Below, piece by piece: positions 59,532 through 64,000 of a stretch of DNA of 64,000 nt. Numbering within the stretch: the stretch's first letter is position 1; the number at the start of each line of letters is the position of its first letter. This DNA comes from Candidatus Babeliales bacterium. Lineage in GTDB: Bacteria; Babelota; Babeliae; Babelales; JACPOV01. The notes under the pieces are model-generated. The model did no database searches, was not told where the DNA came from, and saw only the letters and a program-made list of their open reading frames with translations. The stretch covers positions 64,001 to 128,000 of the forward strand of contig JBFWNW010000001.1 of NCBI GenBank assembly GCA_050250855.1. Reading direction: 5' to 3'. The position numbers and the translations under genes were made by a program.

Positions 59532-59622
59532 TGGCGGAGAGAGAGGGATTCGAACCCTCGTGCCCCTTTTCAGGGACTCTTGCTTAGCAGGCAAGCGCTT
59601 TAGACCACTCAGCCATCTCTCC
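59532..59622 (-). tRNA. tRNA-Ser(GCT)
   Basis: GGAGAGA acceptor, loop CTGCTAA, long variable arm, GTTCGAATCC, CCA. Confidence 0.95.
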
Positions 59623-59772
59623 AGAAAATGTATACCTAAGGATAAAGGATTTGTCTCATTTGGGCAACTTTTTTTTGACCCTTAATCTCATAATTGTGTA
59701 ATTTCTTTTTTTCTTTGAACAATAGATTTATACTGCAAAGAAGGGTTTTATACGATAGGAAAGAAGGAACTT

Positions 59773-60507
59773 ATGAAGGATATCTTTACGCAGATTGATA
59801 AGCTTAAGGAAGAAATTTCTCAACATCGACCTTTTGATGAACATAAACGTCAGCAAATAAAAGAATATTACCGTATAGGTTTGACCTATACATCAAACGC
59901 CTTGGAAGGCAATACGCTCACTGAAAGTGAAACAAAAGTTGTTCTTGAAGAAGGAATTACTATAGGTGGTAAACGGTTAGTGGATCACCTGGAAGCATTA
60001 GGACATAGTGATGCATTTACCTATATGTATGAGCTTTTGCAAAGTAAAACTATAACAGAAGAGTGCATAAAAAAATTACATTATCTTTTTTATTATCGCG
60101 TTGATCAAAAAGATGCAGGAGTTTATCGCCACGAGCAGGTTTATCTTACGGGGTCTCATTATCCTTTACCAAAGCCAAAAGAAATTGCAGTGATGATGGA
60201 AAAAATGATAGAACATTTTCCCGTATTAGAAAAGGAAAAACATCCTGTTGTATTTGCAGCGCTTGCTCATAAAGAGTTAGTATTTATTCATCCATTTATT
60301 GATGGCAATGGCCGTGTTGCTCGGTTATTAATGAATCTTATATTACTATCTCATGGGTATACTATAGCAATTATTCCACCAATTCTAAGAGCAGATTATA
60401 TACGCGCTTTGGAAAAAGCACATAAAGATGATCAAGAGTTCATTTATTTTATTGCGCGTATTGTCAAGGAGACGCAGCAAGATTACATTCGATTGTTTGT
60501 AGAATAG
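59773..60507 (+). CDS. Fic family protein
   Basis: HPFIDGNGRVAR and N-terminal inhibitory-type SNALEGN. Confidence 0.93.
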   Translation: MKDIFTQIDKLKEEISQHRPFDEHKRQQIKEYYRIGLTYTSNALEGNTLTESETKVVLEEGITIGGKRLVDHLEALGHSDAFTYMYELLQSKTITEECIKKLHYLFYYRVDQKDAGVYRHEQVYLTGSHYPLPKPKEIAVMMEKMIEHFPVLEKEKHPVVFAALAHKELVFIHPFIDGNGRVARLLMNLILLSHGYTIAIIPPILRADYIRALEKAHKDDQEFIYFIARIVKETQQDYIRLFVE

Positions 60508-60508
60508 T

Positions 60509-60817
60509 ATGGCACTTATTTTTGAACTTAAGCTGTTTCCAGCATCTGGCAAACAAAAATGTACTATTGATGCTACAGGTCGCTTGAAATGCTATGTAAA
60601 AGCTGCTCCAGAGAAAGGAAAAGCAAATAAAGAGCTTTTAGCCTTTCTTGCCGATAGCTTAGAAATTTCTAAGGCAAGCGTTGAATTAATCGCTGGCTTT
60701 ACAGTACAACATAAAAAAATTAGGATTGAAGGTAATTGGACGTATGCTCAGGTATTAAAAAAATTGGGATTAGAAAGCGGAGTACAAGGTGCCATATTTT
60801 CAGTGGATGGGAATTGA
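60509..60817 (+). CDS. DUF167 (YggU/UPF0235) protein
   Basis: VKAAPEKGKANKELL.FLA..L.I.K..V.LI.G. Confidence 0.9.
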   Translation: MALIFELKLFPASGKQKCTIDATGRLKCYVKAAPEKGKANKELLAFLADSLEISKASVELIAGFTVQHKKIRIEGNWTYAQVLKKLGLESGVQGAIFSVDGN

Positions 60818-61985
60818 TCTTGAAGGAAGATTGCACAAAGGATGTACGCAGCATTCATCATTACATACTTTAGCACAAGAACTTTTTTCTCAAGATATTG
60901 CCTTATTGCATGGGTATCAAAAAAAAACAGCATCATTTTATAATCCTATTAAAACATCATTAAAGGTTCAATTTTTCCGCCATCTTGCAACACTCGTTGA
61001 TGCTGGCGTTTATGTTGATCAGGCACTTATTATTGTCCATGATAATATCTCGCATAAAGATTTTAAGCACGTTGTCAAAGATTGCATAGATGACGTTGCG
61101 CAAGGTATTCCTTTGCATGAGGGGCTTCAAAAATATAGTGACGTATTTGATGGTATTACCATTCAATTAGTGCAAGCTGGACAGTTTGGCAGCAATTTAG
61201 CAAAGGCTCTTACGCTTCTTGCAAATTATCAAGAGAATAAAGCGCTTTTTAAAAAGCAACTACGGAGTGCCGCATTTTTGCCCCTTATGACGTTACTTTT
61301 TTTTCTTGTTATTTGTGCGGTTATTTTTGTTGTGATTGTGCCATTGTTTACTACTATGTTTAGTTCATTGGGTAAAGATTTGCCGGCAAGTACACAACGA
61401 TTGCAGACAATAAGTTCTTTTTTGACAGGATGGCAGATAATCGCTGCCTTAGGAGTTTTTATAGGCGTTGTTTTGATAATTAAAAAATTTTTACAGCGTC
61501 CAGCGTTAAAGCAAAAATATGATTTTTGCATGGTAAAAATTCCTTTTATAGGAAGCTTACTTTTTGAAAGTAAGCTTACCTATTTTTTTGAATCAGCAGC
61601 ATTGTTATTGCAAGGCGGTGTTCCTGTGGTGCAAGCGTTTGAGTATGCACAAGAGATGGTTGATAATAACTATATGCAAAGCAAAATTCATACTGTTATC
61701 AAGCACGTTGATGCAGGGAAGTCATTGAGTACAGTGATGCATGATATGCCATATTTTTTTTTGCAAGAAAGTAGAGCGCTTGTTGCCTTAGGTGAAGAAT
61801 CAGGAAATTTGGATAGTATGCTCATAAAAGTAGCTGAGGTATATCGTGAGCGCGTTAAGCGCAAACTTCATATTATTACCACCGTATTGCAACCCTGTTT
61901 AATGATCGTGCTCGGGCTTTTGATTACTGCCCTTATAGTAACGGTTTACATACCAATTTTTGATCTTTCTTATGCAATTCATTGA
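60789..61985 (+). CDS. Type II secretion F family / PilC platform protein
   Basis: FFRHLATLVDAGV, LLLQGGVP, GEESGNLD.ML, IY/VY.PIF; two GspF domains. Confidence 0.9.
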   Translation: MPYFQWMGIDLEGRLHKGCTQHSSLHTLAQELFSQDIALLHGYQKKTASFYNPIKTSLKVQFFRHLATLVDAGVYVDQALIIVHDNISHKDFKHVVKDCIDDVAQGIPLHEGLQKYSDVFDGITIQLVQAGQFGSNLAKALTLLANYQENKALFKKQLRSAAFLPLMTLLFFLVICAVIFVVIVPLFTTMFSSLGKDLPASTQRLQTISSFLTGWQIIAALGVFIGVVLIIKKFLQRPALKQKYDFCMVKIPFIGSLLFESKLTYFFESAALLLQGGVPVVQAFEYAQEMVDNNYMQSKIHTVIKHVDAGKSLSTVMHDMPYFFLQESRALVALGEESGNLDSMLIKVAEVYRERVKRKLHIITTVLQPCLMIVLGLLITALIVTVYIPIFDLSYAIH

Positions 61986-62041
61986 TTAAACGGGTGAAAG
62001 TAGGTTATTTTTTTGCCAAGTATATTTTATTAAAAGGTGAG

Positions 62042-63970
62042 ATGAAGATGAAAAATACATTAATTTTTGTGTTTTTATTACTTGGGATTATTAATATTTT
62101 TGCTGATACAACGTTAAAAGAAGAGCTTGTTGCTCTGACAAATCAATTATCCATGTTGGAACAAAAACTTATGGAGCTTGGGGATGTGCAAAAGGGACCA
62201 GAACACTCTAAGCCTCCTGTAAAGAAAACTGCAGAACAAGAAAAAATAGAGAAAATTATTAATGATAACTTTAAGAAAAATGTTGGCATTACAGAAGATT
62301 TGATAGAAGAATACATACATTTAGTATCGGTTTATGAAAAGCAAAATCCTACAGCTCAAGATCTTAGTACTTTTAATTATTGGGAAGCGAGAACTGTTTT
62401 GCTTTTTATAATTGCTCATTATGCAAAGCTATTTCCTAAAAAATTAGTGAAGGAATTCAAATCCCTATTTGGTGATGAAAATATTAAAGGAATAGTGAAT
62501 GTTTTTAAACTTATTGATCAATATGTTTCTCTTGTAACAATAAATTATAAAAAAGAGTCAGATCTTGATGCTAGAGGTTTGTTGCTAAATGCTGCTAATA
62601 TGCGCAATGCACTAGCAAAGATTGATAGATTAGATGTTATTATTGAAGGTTTTGATCCAAAAACTAAACAGTTTATTGGTTATGAAGATGTTAAAACAGG
62701 TCAACGCATAATTGATGTATTTCCTGAAAGCTTATATCGCGAATACCAAAAAGCATTACAAAAAGCTCAAGATTACTATGGTGCTACGGATGAACGTTTG
62801 AAGCCATATAAAGAATGGGAAGCTGTTCTTAAAAAACAGATGGAAAAAGCCGATATTAAAACTGAGCAAACATATAAAACATTACATGCTTTCTTAGAAC
62901 AAAATAAAGATTTAAGTGAGGCAAATAATACTCAACTTAGTAATATGATTGGTATAGCTCAAGAATTATTAGATGATATCGAAAAAGGTGAATATTTTGA
63001 TAATCCTGTGATTCTCAAAGAAATCACTGCTACTCATGAGCTCTTGCAAAAAGAGTTTGAAAAAAGACCGAAGGTAGAACCAAAAGGAAAAACTGAAAAA
63101 AAAGTAATGAGTAAGAAAGATTTTGAGATGTTTGAAGAAGAGTTAGGCAAGAGAATTAAAAAGGCAAAAGAGCAACTCAATTCCTTAACAAAAAAAGAGA
63201 TAGAAGAATTAAAGAAAGATATTGAGACTTGGAAGAGTAGTACTGATAGGAGTAAAGAAAAGGAGGCAGATTTTAATACATTTAATGTAAAGATTACTCT
63301 ACATTTAGGAGATTTTAACCAATTTGAGCAAACATTAGATGAAAAAATCAGAAAGCAAAGCCAATCAATTAATAGCTTAACACTCGATGAGCTTAAAAAT
63401 TCGGCAAAACAAATTAGAGATTGGCAAGAACGTATGCTCCGGAACAAAAACAAAGAAAAATATTTTAGTGATTTCTTATCAAAGATTGAAAATACTGAAT
63501 TAATGAAAGAGTATGAAAAAACTCTTAAGCAGTTAAACGATGAACTAGAGGAAGAAAAGAGAGAATTTGAAAAAAATAAAGGATCCTTTAATAAACAAAA
63601 AATTGAAGGGCTTATAGAAAAAATTAAAGAATACCAAAATATGGTAGAGGGCATTGGCTTAAAAGAAAAAGCAGACTTTGATAGTTTTATCAAGCAGCTT
63701 CAACAGCAAGGTGCTTTGCTTTCTGAGAGTAAGCCAGAGAAAAAAACTGAGCCTAAAACAGAGCTGGAACAGTTTAAAGAATTTCAGGAAAGATTGGAAA
63801 AAAATATAGAAGCTTTCAAAAAATTACCTAAGAGTTTTAGTAAAGAAGAACTGGAAAAGCTCTTGAAAGATATTGAAACATGGAAAAACAATCCAGATAG
63901 AGACAAAACAAAGGAAAAAACTTTTGTTTTTAATTATAAGCGTATACAGACTGAATTAGGGTCAAGATAG
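62042..63970 (+). CDS. Secreted coiled-coil protein with C-terminal helical repeats
   Basis: Signal ending FA-D; KDIETWK...DR.K.KE..F repeated. Confidence 0.75.
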   Translation: MKMKNTLIFVFLLLGIINIFADTTLKEELVALTNQLSMLEQKLMELGDVQKGPEHSKPPVKKTAEQEKIEKIINDNFKKNVGITEDLIEEYIHLVSVYEKQNPTAQDLSTFNYWEARTVLLFIIAHYAKLFPKKLVKEFKSLFGDENIKGIVNVFKLIDQYVSLVTINYKKESDLDARGLLLNAANMRNALAKIDRLDVIIEGFDPKTKQFIGYEDVKTGQRIIDVFPESLYREYQKALQKAQDYYGATDERLKPYKEWEAVLKKQMEKADIKTEQTYKTLHAFLEQNKDLSEANNTQLSNMIGIAQELLDDIEKGEYFDNPVILKEITATHELLQKEFEKRPKVEPKGKTEKKVMSKKDFEMFEEELGKRIKKAKEQLNSLTKKEIEELKKDIETWKSSTDRSKEKEADFNTFNVKITLHLGDFNQFEQTLDEKIRKQSQSINSLTLDELKNSAKQIRDWQERMLRNKNKEKYFSDFLSKIENTELMKEYEKTLKQLNDELEEEKREFEKNKGSFNKQKIEGLIEKIKEYQNMVEGIGLKEKADFDSFIKQLQQQGALLSESKPEKKTEPKTELEQFKEFQERLEKNIEAFKKLPKSFSKEELEKLLKDIETWKNNPDRDKTKEKTFVFNYKRIQTELGSR

Positions 63971-64000
63971 AAGTTTTAATTGACCACCACCCGCTTTTCC

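Noticed and set aside
58888..60507. Prophage or integrative element at the tRNA cluster
   Set aside because: No integrase, phage genes or duplicated tRNA 3' end seen; a lone Fic gene is insufficient
63034..63693. 219-aa minus-strand ORF (also 38947-39270)
   Set aside because: Ser/Phe/Cys-rich antisense shadows of charged coiled-coil genes

Overview
AT-rich bacterial chromosomal window. The gene content (ankyrin arrays, many Sec-signal orphans, eukaryote-like enzymes, BamA, a PilC/GspF-type protein) suggests an intracellular parasite of protists, most like Candidatus Dependentiae/Babelota (TM6); this assignment is inference only. Housekeeping genes: rpe, groES-groEL, class I aldolase, ftsL-like/ftsI, lysS, cysS, bamA, trxA and three tRNAs (Ser-TGA, Arg-ACG, Ser-GCT). 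Candidate host-directed proteins: a 4-gene mosaic ankyrin array, two ankyrin-like proteins ending in CaaX motifs (one with an F-box-like segment), a PPP phosphatase, a PLD, Cys-nucleophile hydrolases, and signal-bearing OPRT and ITPase homologues. The most striking unannotated structure is a dispersed family of modular, nested, GC-rich palindromic (REP/MITE-like) repeats at about ten intergenic sites. One copy encloses a small GIY-YIG nuclease gene between inverted ends, other copies are the same element without the gene, short hairpin modules sit inside other repeats, and related hairpins are fused to the CCA ends of all three tRNAs. No RAYT or other transposase is visible in the window. Several genes show frameshifts, which could be decay or assembly error. 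All calls are from reading the sequence by eye; no searches were run.
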